Under the pieces are notes generated by a model. The model was given only the letters and a program-made list of their open reading frames with translations. It did no database searches and was not told the origin of the DNA. The position numbers and the translations under genes were made by a program. From Marinobacter sp. (GTDB taxonomy: Bacteria > Pseudomonadota > Gammaproteobacteria > Pseudomonadales > Oleiphilaceae), in the NCBI RefSeq assembly GCF_033722735.1, contig NZ_JAWVYN010000008.1, positions 12,125-76,124 on the forward strand: DNA of 64,000 bases, read 5' to 3'. This document shows, piece by piece, positions 10,223-21,972 of the stretch. How positions within the stretch are numbered: the stretch's first letter is position 1; each line of letters begins with the position of its first letter.

Positions 10223-10247
10223 GGGCATTCCTCAACCGGGCTCAACG

Positions 10248-10277
10248 CACAGAGGCTCCGCAATGGGAGCCTCTGTG
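10248..10277 (-). terminator. Strong hairpin between yidC stop and mnmE start (attenuator/terminator-like, no U-tract)
   Basis: CACAGAGGCTCC-gcaatg-GGAGCCTCTGTG: a perfect 12-bp stem. Confidence 0.4.
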
Positions 10278-10282
10278 GATAA
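10274..10282 (-). promoter_or_regulatory. Perfect DnaA box (TTATCCACA on minus strand)
   Basis: Plus strand reads TGTGGATAA. The box overlaps the 3' arm of the 10248..10277 hairpin. Confidence 0.5.
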
Positions 10283-10304
10283 GTCGACGGGGCCACGTCC
10301 GTCG

Positions 10305-11996
10305 TCAGGATTTCCTGGCAGCGGCCTGTGCCTCGATGTTGCGGGTAATGTACCACTGCTGGGCGATCGACAGAATGTTGTTGACCAGCCAGTACAGCAC
10401 CAGACCCGCCGGGAACCACAGGAAGAACACGGTGAAGACCAGCGGCATCATCTTCATGATCTTGGCCTGCATGGGATCCGGCGGCGAGGGGTTCAGGCTC
10501 ATCTGCACGAACATGCTGGCGCCCATCAGAATCGGCAGGATGAAGTACGGGTCCATCACCGACAGGTCGTGGATCCACAGCATGAACGGCGCGTGACGCA
10601 GCTGGACGCTCTCGAAAAGCACCCAGTACAGGGCGATAAATACCGGCATCTGCACCAGGATCGGCAGACAACCACCGAGGGGATTGATTTTCTCCCGCTT
10701 GTACAGCGCCATCATCTCCTGGGACATGCGCTGACGGTCATCGCCATAGAGTTCCTTGAGGCGGGTCAGCTGCGGCGCCACCGCCCGCATCCGGGCCATG
10801 GAACGGTAGCTGGTGGCGGAAAGGTGGAAGAACACCCCCTTGACCAGCACGGTGAGCAGGATGATGGCCACCCCCCAGTTGCCGACGATACCGTGGAACC
10901 ACTCCAGGATCAGGAACAATGGCAGCGCAATGAAGAACAGGAAACCGAAGTCGACGGTGCGGTCCATGTTGGGCGCCACCTGTTCCAGGCGATCGATGAT
11001 CTTGGGGCCCACGTAAGCGGTGGCGCCGACTTCGCCGGTTTCACCGGGGGCCACCACGGTCGCCGGGCTGACAAATCCCATCACCGCCAGATTATTGCGG
11101 GTTGTGGTCTGGAACTGGGCCGGCTTGTCGCCCTCCGGTACCCAGGCGGTCAGGAAATAGTGCTGCAGAAACGCCAACCAGCCATTGGTGACGGACTGGT
11201 TGATGGGGCTTTCCCGCAGATCCTCAAAGTCATACTTCTCGTAAGGGTCTTCCGGGGTGCTGACCACCATGCCGAGGAAGGCCTGAATGCCCAGGCTGTT
11301 CTGGGCGGTGGGATCCGGCGCCCGGTCGCGGACGATCTTCCCGGAGAAATTCCCTTCCCAGACGCTGTCGGACCGGTTGTCGATCAGGTAACGAACGTCA
11401 ATCTGGTAGCTGTCCCGGAGCAGACGGTACTGCTTGGTGACCTTGACGCCGCTGTCGGCGGTGAACGTCAGGTTAACGACCAGTTCGTCCTCGCCTTCGG
11501 CCAGCTGGTAGGACTCGGCGCTGGCTCGGTAAACCGGGGTTGCGCCATTGCGACGGCTGTCGAAGCCATGCTTGCCGATCAGGCCACTTTCCAGGACATA
11601 GGTACGGTTGCCGGAACTGCGCAGAAGCTTGAGCGGTTGACCACTGTTCAGGGATTCGTCGTAGTCGAGCAAAGCCGCTTCCACCAGATTGCCACCGGCC
11701 AGGTCGATCTTTAGCGACATGACGTCGGTGGTCACCGTAACGAGCTGGTCACTGACGGTGCTGTCTGCGCCGTCGCTGGTGCCCAGATCGGTGGTCCGGC
11801 TCTCCGGGGTGGTGAACTCCTCGGTGGAGGCTGAGGACGGTGTCCCGGTCATGGCGGGCTGGCCCTGACCAGATTCGACACTCTGTTCGGTCGCCGGTTG
11901 GGTTGACGGCTGGTGATAGTCCTCGTTCCAGGCCAGTACCATCAGGTAGCTGACAATCGCCAGGCCGGCAAAGAGTACAAAGCGTTTGATATCCAT
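10305..11996 (-). CDS. yidC: Membrane protein insertase YidC
   Basis: 563 aa with an N-terminal TM, a large periplasmic domain and a conserved C-terminal 5-TM core (...YKREKINPLGGCLPILVQMPVFIALYWVL...). Confidence 0.95.
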   Translation of the reverse strand: MDIKRFVLFAGLAIVSYLMVLAWNEDYHQPSTQPATEQSVESGQGQPAMTGTPSSASTEEFTTPESRTTDLGTSDGADSTVSDQLVTVTTDVMSLKIDLAGGNLVEAALLDYDESLNSGQPLKLLRSSGNRTYVLESGLIGKHGFDSRRNGATPVYRASAESYQLAEGEDELVVNLTFTADSGVKVTKQYRLLRDSYQIDVRYLIDNRSDSVWEGNFSGKIVRDRAPDPTAQNSLGIQAFLGMVVSTPEDPYEKYDFEDLRESPINQSVTNGWLAFLQHYFLTAWVPEGDKPAQFQTTTRNNLAVMGFVSPATVVAPGETGEVGATAYVGPKIIDRLEQVAPNMDRTVDFGFLFFIALPLFLILEWFHGIVGNWGVAIILLTVLVKGVFFHLSATSYRSMARMRAVAPQLTRLKELYGDDRQRMSQEMMALYKREKINPLGGCLPILVQMPVFIALYWVLFESVQLRHAPFMLWIHDLSVMDPYFILPILMGASMFVQMSLNPSPPDPMQAKIMKMMPLVFTVFFLWFPAGLVLYWLVNNILSIAQQWYITRNIEAQAAARKS

Positions 11997-12000
11997 AAAC

Positions 12001-12297
12001 CTACTGTGTCGTCTGGTTTGCGTTTACAGGGTGGGGGTGTACCCGTTGAGATTGCTGGTCCGGGGACGAAGCACATGGGCACTGGGCTGCCGGCACCGGA
12101 TCATAGCCGCCTTCAGCCCAGGGGTGACAACGCAGCAATCGTCGGATGGCCAGCAGCATACCAGACAATGCGCCATGTTGTTCGATGGCCTCGAGGGCGT
12201 ATTGGGAACAGGTTGGGTAGTGACGGCAATGATTCGCCATCAGGGGACTGATCGCGTACTGGTAAAAGCGAATGGGCAGAAGCAGCAGTTTCCGCAT
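12001..12297 (-). CDS. yidD: Membrane protein insertion efficiency factor YidD
   Basis: [14 protein letters not shown]...[19 protein letters not shown] motif. The start overlaps the rnpA stop (TAATG). Confidence 0.9.
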   Translation of the reverse strand: MRKLLLLPIRFYQYAISPLMANHCRHYPTCSQYALEAIEQHGALSGMLLAIRRLLRCHPWAEGGYDPVPAAQCPCASSPDQQSQRVHPHPVNANQTTQ

Positions 12298-12737
12298 TAA
12301 CCCGTTCCTTTTTCGACACCAGTCGGGTGATCGGTGACAGTCGAGGACGTACGGCCGTCGGGTGCCTGGCTTTCGGGGATGACCTTTGGTGCTTTGCGCT
12401 TCAGGCGTTGCCAGAGGTCATTGAGGATACCGTGAAGCCTGGGGTTCTCGACCTGGGCAAGACCCTGCCGGCCTAGGACAACGATGTCCATGGCCGGCAG
12501 TCCGTGCTGTTGCCGGAAGGTTTCCCGCACCAGCCGCTTGACCCGATTACGTTGTACGGCCAGCTTGAGGTGCTTCTTGGCGAATATCAGTCCGACCCTG
12601 GCGTGCCCCAGGTCGTTGGGGGTTGCCAGCAGTAAAAAGTGCCGGTGCGATACTCGAACCCGAACGTTCTCGAAGACCTTGCTGTAATCCGCGGGACGCA
12701 ATAATCGCGCTGTCTTGGGAAACGCCAAGGCCTTCAT
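12297..12737 (-). CDS. rnpA: Ribonuclease P protein component
   Basis: 146 aa, basic, with an RNR-type motif ([13 protein letters not shown]). Canonical position between rpmH and yidD. Confidence 0.9.
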   Translation of the reverse strand: MKALAFPKTARLLRPADYSKVFENVRVRVSHRHFLLLATPNDLGHARVGLIFAKKHLKLAVQRNRVKRLVRETFRQQHGLPAMDIVVLGRQGLAQVENPRLHGILNDLWQRLKRKAPKVIPESQAPDGRTSSTVTDHPTGVEKGTG

Positions 12738-12756
12738 GGCAACAGCTTAACAGGGC

Positions 12757-12891
12757 TTATGCGGACAGACGCGCACGACCCTTGGCACGGCGACGAGCCA
12801 GAATCTTACGGCCGTTGGCAGTGGCCATGCGGGCACGGAAACCGTGGGTGCGCTTACGCTTCAGTACGCTCGGTTGAAACGTTCTTTTCAT
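12757..12891 (-). CDS. rpmH: 50S ribosomal protein L34
   Basis: Not in the ORF track because it is under 60 aa. Hand translation of the minus strand gives [44 protein letters not shown] (44 aa). Confidence 0.95.
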   Translation of the reverse strand: MKRTFQPSVLKRKRTHGFRARMATANGRKILARRRAKGRARLSA

Positions 12892-13049
12892 GGTGATGCT
12901 CTCACGTTACGAAAATTGGAAATCAGTTGCTGGCTGCAAAATGAACAGTCAAAACAGGAGCGGCATTCTATGCAAACTGGCGGGCTAATTCAATGGGGGA
13001 ATGGAAAGTCTTGGTGGGGTTGTGCCAGTTTTTGGCCCGGGCCTGCTCG

Positions 13050-13160
13050 TTAATAACATCATTAGGTCTTTTGGAATTCTTTTAAAAGATTATTTATTAC
13101 TGTTATTAGGCACCAGGGTTTCTGTGGATAAGCCATTTTTTGGTAATATAAACAAAAATT
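13050..13160. promoter_or_regulatory. AT-rich candidate DNA-unwinding element
   Basis: taataacatcattaggTCTTTTggaatTCTTTTaaaagattatttattactgttattagg. TCTTTT repeats occur 11 bp apart (13067, 13078). ATTAGG is repeated at about 13061 and 13105. A second AT tract lies at 13134..13160, on the far side of the perfect DnaA box. Confidence 0.45.
13123..13131 (-). promoter_or_regulatory. Perfect DnaA box
   Basis: Plus strand TGTGGATAA, the reverse complement of TTATCCACA. Confidence 0.6.
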
Positions 13161-13200
13161 TAAGCCCGTGATAAGGTCGTTGACCAAGCCCGCTCAGGCC

Positions 13201-13209
13201 TGTGGGTAA
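13201..13209 (-). promoter_or_regulatory. DnaA box, one mismatch
   Basis: Plus strand TGTGGGTAA (TTACCCACA). Confidence 0.4.
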
Positions 13210-13317
13210 CTGCCGGGCGAAATGGGGACAAATCGCCTCGCCGGGAAAAGTCCGAGTTTTCCACTGATTCTTACCCCCTCCCGTCACAGGGTTGTGGGCA
13301 GTGTGTTCACACCCTTC

Positions 13318-13326
13318 TGTGTATAA
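13318..13326 (-). promoter_or_regulatory. DnaA box fitting TTATNCACA
   Basis: Plus strand TGTGTATAA (TTATACACA). Confidence 0.45.
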
Positions 13327-13540
13327 CTCCCTAAACATATTTTTCTGTACACAACCCTGTAGGTAAGTCTGCATGTTGTTGAAAAGTAAAAGGATATATT
13401 TCCACAGGGTGTTAATGGATAGGCGGTTGGGCTTTTATTGACAGGCCCTGGCGAGGTAGAATCCGGCATTACTTTTCATGGGTTCCTCGAGTCCGGCACA
13501 TCGGATAGAAGGACGGTATCTGGCATCGGAGGCAGGCGTC

Positions 13541-14998
13541 GTGCCGCAGACTATTTGGCATCAATGTCTTGAAGTACTCCGGGACGAGTTTCCGGCGCAA
13601 CAGTTCAACACCTGGCTAAGACCCTTGCAGTCTGACCACCGCGAAGGTCAGCTGATGCTGTTCGCACCCAACCGGTTTGTGATGGATTGGGTGAATGAAA
13701 AGTATCTGCGCCGTATCGAGGAGGTGATCAAGGACCTGCAGGGCGGCCAGGCCCCCCGTATCCATATGAAGGTGGGGTCGGCGCCAAAGGTCGATGACGA
13801 GCCGGTTGCCCGGTCACCGGTGGAGAATGTCCGAGGGCGTCGGGTGGCCGAAGCCAATGACGTGGACTCGGTGACCGAGGAGGAGAAAGGCGTCGCCGCG
13901 ACCCTGGCGGAACCCAAGGTCACGCCGAAAAGCGAATCCGATCGCCGCTCCGTGCAGGTGGAAGGGGACATCAAGCACCAGAGCTTCCTCAATGAGGGCT
14001 TTACCTTCGAGACCTTCGTGGAGGGGAAGTCGAACCAGCTCGCGCGGGCGGCGTCGATGCAGGTGGCGGAAAATCCCGGCGGCGCCTATAACCCGCTGTT
14101 CCTCTATGGCGGTGTGGGTCTGGGCAAGACCCACCTGATGCACGCCATCGGCAACGAGATCGTCCGTCGCAACGCCGGTGCCAAGGTGGCCTACCTGAGG
14201 TCGGAGCGGTTTGTGGCGGACATGGTCAAGGCCCTGCAGCTCAACGCCATCAACGAATTCAAGCGCTACTACCGGTCGGTGGATGCACTGCTGATCGACG
14301 ATATACAGTTCTTTGCCCGCAAGGAGCGGTCCCAGGAGGAGTTTTTCCACACCTTCAACGCGTTGCTCGAAGGCGGCCAGCAGGTGATCGTGACCTGTGA
14401 TCGTTTTCCGAAGGAAATCGTGGACATGGAAGAGCGGCTCAAGTCCCGGTTCGGCTGGGGCCTGACGGTGATGGTGGAGCCGCCGGAACTGGAGACCCGG
14501 GTAGCGATCCTGATGAAGAAGGCGGAGCAGGCGAACGTTCGGCTTAGCAGCGAGGCCGCGTTTTTTATTGCCCAGAAAATCCGGTCCAACGTGCGAGAGC
14601 TCGAGGGGGCGCTTCGACTGGTGATAGCGAATGCTCACTTCACCGGCTCGGAGATCACCCCACCGTTCATTCGCGAGAGCCTCAAGGACCTGTTGGCGCT
14701 GCATGAGAAACAGGTCAGCATCGACAACATCCAGCGCACGGTGGCGGAGTATTACAAGATCAAGGTGGCGGATTTGCTGTCCAAGCGTCGGACCCGCACC
14801 GTCACCCGGCCACGGCAGGTGGCCATGGCCCTGTCGAAGGAACTCACCAACCACAGCCTGCCGGAGATCGGTGAGGCCTTCGGGGGGCGGGATCACACCA
14901 CGGTGTTGCATGCCTGCAAGAAAATCGTGGAATTGCAGGAATCGGATCCCAACATTCGCGAAGACTATCAGAACTTCATGCGGCTGCTGACCACCTAG
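13541..14998 (+). CDS. dnaA: Chromosomal replication initiator protein DnaA
   Basis: The GTG at 13541 is preceded by GGAGG with an 8-nt spacer and gives [30 protein letters not shown]..., like other DnaA N-termini. Walker [14 protein letters not shown] is present. The longest ORF start is 13478. Confidence 0.93.
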   Translation: MPQTIWHQCLEVLRDEFPAQQFNTWLRPLQSDHREGQLMLFAPNRFVMDWVNEKYLRRIEEVIKDLQGGQAPRIHMKVGSAPKVDDEPVARSPVENVRGRRVAEANDVDSVTEEEKGVAATLAEPKVTPKSESDRRSVQVEGDIKHQSFLNEGFTFETFVEGKSNQLARAASMQVAENPGGAYNPLFLYGGVGLGKTHLMHAIGNEIVRRNAGAKVAYLRSERFVADMVKALQLNAINEFKRYYRSVDALLIDDIQFFARKERSQEEFFHTFNALLEGGQQVIVTCDRFPKEIVDMEERLKSRFGWGLTVMVEPPELETRVAILMKKAEQANVRLSSEAAFFIAQKIRSNVRELEGALRLVIANAHFTGSEITPPFIRESLKDLLALHEKQVSIDNIQRTVAEYYKIKVADLLSKRRTRTVTRPRQVAMALSKELTNHSLPEIGEAFGGRDHTTVLHACKKIVELQESDPNIREDYQNFMRLLTT

Positions 14999-15019
14999 GC
15001 CGAAGCCGTCAACGAACCG

Positions 15020-15028
15020 TTATCCACA
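15020..15028 (+). promoter_or_regulatory. Perfect DnaA box in the dnaA-dnaN spacer
   Basis: TTATCCACA, 22 nt after the dnaA stop and 37 nt before the dnaN start. Confidence 0.5.
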
Positions 15029-15064
15029 GATTGTCATTAACCGATAAGAAGCCGAGTGCGAGCC

Positions 15065-16168
15065 ATGAGACTGACCATTAGCCGCGAGTCCCTGCTGACG
15101 CCACTGCAATCCATTGCCGGTGTTGTCGAAAGGAAACAGACCATGCCGGTGCTTTCCAACGTGCTGTTGGAGGCAGAGGACAATACCCTCACCCTGACCG
15201 GTACCAATATGGAAGTGGAGCTGGTTGGTCGCGTGACACCGGTCCATGTCGACCAGCCCGGCAAGATTACCGTACCCGCCCGCAAGCTGGCGGACATCGC
15301 CCGGGCGCTGGGTGACGAAGCACCGATCGAACTGGCCCTGGAGGGCGACCGCCTGCACCTGCGCTGTGGCGCCAGTCACTTCACCCTCTCCACCCTGCCG
15401 GCGGAGCACTTCCCCAATGTGGAGGACGAGGCGGAAAGTTTCCGGCTGGAACTGCCGCAGAAGGAGCTCGGGCGCATGCTCGACGCCACCGCCTTCGCCA
15501 TGGCCCAGCAGGATGTCCGTTACTATCTAAACGGGCTGCTGCTGGAAGTGGACAGTGATCATGTGCGTACCGTCGCCACCGACGGTCATCGCCTGGCGAT
15601 GGCCCACATGGAACTGGCCACCGGCTGCCCGGAATTGCGTCAGGTGATCGTTCCGCGCAAAGGGGTGCTGGAACTGGCGCGCCTGCTGGATGACGTCGAG
15701 ACGCCCGTGACCCTGGTGATCGGCGACAACCACCTGAGGGCCACCGTCGGCGCGTACACCTTCACCTCCAAGCTGATCGAGGGCAAGTTCCCCGATTACA
15801 ACCGGGTGATTCCCCGCGGCGGCGACAAGGTGGTGCTGGCGGACCGGGCCACCCTCAAGAACACGCTGCAGCGCGCCGGCATCCTGTCCCACGAAAACAT
15901 CCGCGGGGTTCGGCTGAACCTGGCGCCCAACCAGCTCCAGGTATTTGCCAACAACCCGGACCAGGAACAGGCTGAAGACGCGCTGCCAGTGGAGTACCAG
16001 GGCGAATCACTGCAGATCGGCTTTAATGTAGGCTATCTGGTGGATGTGCTGAACGCGCTGGACGACGACCAGGTCAAGATTACCCTGGCCAATCCCAACA
16101 GCAGTGCGTTGCTGGAGGCACAGAACGATAATCGCTGCCTGTACGTGGTCATGCCCATGCGTCTGTAA
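15065..16168 (+). CDS. dnaN: DNA polymerase III beta sliding clamp
   Basis: MRLTISRESLLTPLQSIAGVVERKQTMPVLSNVLLE... The internal ATG at 15065 gives 367 aa. The longest ORF start is 15056. Confidence 0.95.
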   Translation: MRLTISRESLLTPLQSIAGVVERKQTMPVLSNVLLEAEDNTLTLTGTNMEVELVGRVTPVHVDQPGKITVPARKLADIARALGDEAPIELALEGDRLHLRCGASHFTLSTLPAEHFPNVEDEAESFRLELPQKELGRMLDATAFAMAQQDVRYYLNGLLLEVDSDHVRTVATDGHRLAMAHMELATGCPELRQVIVPRKGVLELARLLDDVETPVTLVIGDNHLRATVGAYTFTSKLIEGKFPDYNRVIPRGGDKVVLADRATLKNTLQRAGILSHENIRGVRLNLAPNQLQVFANNPDQEQAEDALPVEYQGESLQIGFNVGYLVDVLNALDDDQVKITLANPNSSALLEAQNDNRCLYVVMPMRL

Positions 16169-16256
16169 TGGGTGACCCAGTCACGGCAGCCGGAGCGAAC
16201 CGGGGTATCGGAAGGTGGTGCCGGTCGGCCCACCGATTGAGAGTCGCAGAGGACAC

Positions 16257-17549
16257 ATGTTTAAAAGGAAGGCACTCATGGCAGCAGTGACAAATTCCAT
16301 CAAGGGCGCGTTTCGCATTGGCCAGACCCTGTCCGTGCTGGGCCGGACCGGTCTCAACTGGGTTCGGGGCGACCGCCCGCCGACCCCAAGGCTGCTGCGA
16401 CAGACGTTCGAATCCCTGGGCGCGACCTACATCAAGCTGGGCCAGTTCATTGCCAGCTCACCCACGTTCTTCCCCAAGGCCTACGTCGAGGAGTTCCAGT
16501 ACTGTCTCGACAAAACCCCCAGCTTGCCGTTCAGCGTGATCCGCAAGATCATCGCCGAAGAACTGGACCGGCCGATTGACCAGGTGTTTGCGGAGATCGA
16601 TCCGGTCGCCCTCGCGTCCGCCTCCATCGCCCAGGTCCACGCCGCCAGACTGGTGACCGGAGAGGATGTGGTGATCAAGGTGCAGAAGCCGGGGGTGGAG
16701 AACATCCTGCTCACCGACCTCAACTTCCTCTACCTGTCCGCCCGGATCCTCGAGACGCTGGCGCCGAAACTGTCCTGGACCTCCCTGTCCGGCATTGTCG
16801 AGGAAATCCAGCGCACCATGATGGAGGAATGCGACTTCATCAAGGAGGCCAACAACCTCAAGGTGTTCCGAGAGTTCCTGCACAACACCCACAACGAAGA
16901 CGCCACCGTGCCGAGGGTCTACGAGCACTGCAGCACCCGCCATATCCTCACCATGGAACGCTTCTACGGCGTGCCATTGACGGACCTGGAGAGCATCCGC
17001 GGCTATGCTCGGGACCCGGAACGCACCCTGATCACTGCCATGAATACCTGGTTTGCCAGCCTGACCCAGTGCGAGTTCTTCCACGCCGATGTTCACGCCG
17101 GCAACCTGATGGTCCTCAAGGACGGTCGCATTGGCTTCATCGACTTCGGCATCGTCGGCCGGATCAAGCCCGATACCTGGCAGGCGGTGTCCGATTTCAT
17201 TTCGGCAGTGATGGTCGGCAACTTCGACGGCGTGGCCGATGCCATGATCCGCATCGGCATCACCCGCGAGACCGTGGTGGTGGCGGACCTGGCCGACGAT
17301 CTGCGTCGCCTGTACCAGCAGATGGACCGCATGGTCCCGGATCAGGTGCCCTACCAGGCGGACCAGGCCGAGGATGACGTCAACAACATCCTGATGGATA
17401 TGGTCAAGATCGGTGAGAGTCACGGGCTCCATTTCCCCCGGGAGTTTGCCCTGCTGCTCAAACAGTTCCTCTACTTCGACCGCTACGTTCACATCCTCGC
17501 CCCGGAAATGGATGTGTTCATGGACGAACGGCTGAACATGCTCCACTGA
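16257..17549 (+). CDS. ABC1/UbiB-family atypical protein kinase (AarF domain), soluble type
   Basis: Motifs ASIAQVHAARL, VIKVQKPGV and FHADVHAGNLMVLKDGRIGFIDFGIVGR. No C-terminal TM helices, so probably not the ubiquinone UbiB itself. Alternative starts are 16215 and 16278, the latter with AAGGAAGG upstream. Confidence 0.8.
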   Translation: MFKRKALMAAVTNSIKGAFRIGQTLSVLGRTGLNWVRGDRPPTPRLLRQTFESLGATYIKLGQFIASSPTFFPKAYVEEFQYCLDKTPSLPFSVIRKIIAEELDRPIDQVFAEIDPVALASASIAQVHAARLVTGEDVVIKVQKPGVENILLTDLNFLYLSARILETLAPKLSWTSLSGIVEEIQRTMMEECDFIKEANNLKVFREFLHNTHNEDATVPRVYEHCSTRHILTMERFYGVPLTDLESIRGYARDPERTLITAMNTWFASLTQCEFFHADVHAGNLMVLKDGRIGFIDFGIVGRIKPDTWQAVSDFISAVMVGNFDGVADAMIRIGITRETVVVADLADDLRRLYQQMDRMVPDQVPYQADQAEDDVNNILMDMVKIGESHGLHFPREFALLLKQFLYFDRYVHILAPEMDVFMDERLNMLH

Positions 17550-17568
17550 GCCTGGATCGACTCCCGCG

Positions 17569-17600
17569 AACGCCCGGCGCTATGTCGGGCGTTTTGGTTT
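17569..17600 (+). terminator. Rho-independent terminator after the ABC1 kinase gene
   Basis: AACGCCCG-gcgctatgt-CGGGCGTT followed by TTGGTTT. Confidence 0.65.
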
Positions 17601-18097
17601 GTGGGCACCTGGATCAGGCCGAGGTTTGTTGTCGGCCTGGGGAACTCAGAATCGGGCCGGTTCCATCCAGCCGTTGTTTGGTCTAGGTAGAGCGGAGCTT
17701 TGAACCCGGCGGCCGGTCACCTCACCCGGGACGTCCACCTCCCCCTCTCTTCCGGCCTCACCGACTCCGGAGCGAGTGCCGGGTCATCGGACCGTACCGC
17801 ACGGTTTCTCGTCCGCCGCCGTGTTGGTGCTTTGGCCAGCATCGGGGGAGTCTGCCTCGACCACCGTTGCCCGAGCTTGAAGACGCGTCCCGGGCCCCAA
17901 TCTGTGACCCGTCCGGTCCCTATCGGTCGTGGGCCCAGGGCCGGCGACAGGCACGCCGCACTGGCGCCCCACCCGAGAGAACCCCGTATTTAGCCGTCGC
18001 CATTCAGCCACTGCTTTTGTACACTGGAGCGGCGCCCGCGCTGCCCGGCAGGTGCACCCGATACACTACTGTCTCCCCGTTTCATTCCCGGACCCCT

Positions 18098-19225
18098 ATG
18101 GCGCTGGTCAAGCTGCAAACCGAACACTTCCGAAATCTCTCTGGCGAGGCTGTAGCCTTCTCTCCTTCCTTCAATCTGATCTACGGGGAGAATGGCAGCG
18201 GCAAGAGCAGCCTGTTGGAAGCCATTGGTTACCTGGGGCTTGGCCGGTCGTTCCGGATCAGTCGTCATCAGGCGGTGTGCCGCCACGGCGCGAGTCACTT
18301 CACGGTCTTTGGCGGATTGAAAGAGGGTAATCCGGGCGAATCGACACACGAGCAGGAGGGGCGGCTGGATCACCGGGTCGGGTTCTCCCGCCAAGTTGCG
18401 GATAAGGAGACGCTGCTCAAAGTCGACGGCGAGGCGGTGCGTAGCCTGTCTGCCCTGGCCCGGTTGCTGCCGGTGTCGGTCATCGACCCAGGGGTGTTCG
18501 ATATCGTCGCCGGCGGACCGGGCAAAAGGCGCCAGTTTGTCGACTGGTCTGTGTTCCACGTGGAACCTTCCTTTGCGCAACTGTGGCAACAGTGCCAAAG
18601 AGTCACTTCACAGCGCAACCAGGCGCTGAGAAATGGTAGAATAGATCAATCCCTGCTCCGGGTGTGGGACACCCAGTACGTTGCGCTGGCAGGCCGGGTA
18701 ACCGAGGCGCGTCGATCCGCGATGGGATTGTTTCAGCAAGCCTTCGAGGACCTGCTGGTTGAAGTGGACACGCCTTGGGTGGATGGCCTGAAGCTCGACT
18801 TCTACCCGGGCTGGGATATCAGGCGGCCCCTCGACGAGGTACTGGCAGCCCAAAGGGAGCAGGAACTGCGGATGGGGCACACGCTTTACGGCCCCAATCG
18901 GGCCGACCTGAAGCTCAGGTTTCAGGGCCGCCCCGTTGCCGAGACTTTTTCCCGCGGTCAGCAAAAGACCCTGGTGATTCTGATGAAGATCGCCCAGGGA
19001 ATGGTGTTGTCTCGCCTCGGCAAGCAGGTCACGTTTCTGCTCGACGATATCAACGCAGAACTGGATGCGGACCATCGGGCCATGCTTGCCCAGAAGCTGT
19101 ACGACTTGCGGTGTCAGGTCTTCATGACCTCCATCGAGCAGCCCCGTCCGCAACAACTTTGGCGGGAATCCATGCCGGAATTCCGAGTGTTCCACGTGGA
19201 ACATGGCAGGTTGACGGAAGAATAA
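18098..19225 (+). CDS. recF: DNA replication and repair protein RecF
   Basis: The internal ATG at 18098 gives MALVKLQTEHFRNLSGEAVAFSPSFNLIYGENGSGKSSLLEAI... (375 aa, typical RecF length). The 77 codons upstream in ORF 17867.. look non-coding. Confidence 0.9.
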   Translation: MALVKLQTEHFRNLSGEAVAFSPSFNLIYGENGSGKSSLLEAIGYLGLGRSFRISRHQAVCRHGASHFTVFGGLKEGNPGESTHEQEGRLDHRVGFSRQVADKETLLKVDGEAVRSLSALARLLPVSVIDPGVFDIVAGGPGKRRQFVDWSVFHVEPSFAQLWQQCQRVTSQRNQALRNGRIDQSLLRVWDTQYVALAGRVTEARRSAMGLFQQAFEDLLVEVDTPWVDGLKLDFYPGWDIRRPLDEVLAAQREQELRMGHTLYGPNRADLKLRFQGRPVAETFSRGQQKTLVILMKIAQGMVLSRLGKQVTFLLDDINAELDADHRAMLAQKLYDLRCQVFMTSIEQPRPQQLWRESMPEFRVFHVEHGRLTEE

Positions 19226-21664
<2,439 letters not shown>

Positions 21665-21706
21665 CCGAGTTCCAGGGCCGGCTGCCACCGACAGCCAGGT
21701 AACCAG

Positions 21707-21743
21707 GCGGAATGACCCCGACGGGCATTCCGCTTTTTTTTTT
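21707..21743 (+). terminator. Rho-independent terminator of gyrB
   Basis: GCGGAATG(A)CCC-cgac-GGGCATTCCGC followed by ten T residues. Confidence 0.85.
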
Positions 21744-21940
21744 GCCCGAACCGCAGGCTGCAAAACCGGGCATCCTCAGGCCCCGGCAGAGGGCGGTTTG
21801 GGGCCGGATAGGCCGATGGGGGGCGTTCGCAATAGGCCGGTCAGAGGGGGCGAGAGAGGGGGTGCCGGGGCCCTTGCCAGCGCCGTTGACAACGAACAAG
21901 TGGGTCTGTGGTTGGCCTTCGTGTCTAACCGGCCGGAACC

Positions 21941-21967
21941 AAAAAAGGCAACCCGGTGGGTTGCCTT
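21941..21967 (-). terminator. Rho-independent terminator of the minus-strand membrane-protein gene
   Basis: Plus strand reads aaaaaaGGCAACCCggtGGGTTGCCtt. On the minus strand the hairpin is followed by TTTTTT. It lies 6 nt after the stop at 21973. Confidence 0.75.
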
Positions 21968-21972
21968 CAGAG

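Larger units (their letters stand above)
12892..13540. other. oriC: Putative chromosomal replication origin (oriC) in the rpmH-dnaA spacer
   Basis: A roughly 650-bp non-coding spacer between divergent rpmH and dnaA. It is by far the most AT-rich stretch of the window and contains one perfect and two one-mismatch DnaA boxes plus an AT-rich unwinding candidate. Pseudomonas-type origins sit at this location. Confidence 0.6.

Noticed and set aside
12844-13053. 69-aa ORF inside the rpmH-dnaA spacer.
   Set aside because: It overlaps the 5' end of rpmH, has no SD and has odd composition. The region is better explained as promoter and origin DNA.
13438-13462. TTGACA ... TAGAAT as the dnaA promoter.
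   Set aside because: The hexamers are good but the spacer is only 13 bp, which is incompatible with a standard sigma-70 promoter.
17700-18097. ORFs 17700..17993 (+), 17784..18011 (-) and the 77-codon N-terminal extension of recF (17867..).
   Set aside because: Their translations are Arg/Pro/Gly-rich without motifs. RecF homology begins at the ATG at 18098. The region is treated as non-coding and flagged as a finding.
21780-21890. G-quadruplex motif in the G-rich gap after gyrB.
   Set aside because: Only three G-runs lie within canonical loop distances. The fourth is about 25 nt away. The evidence is too weak to call and is mentioned only under the low-interest finding.
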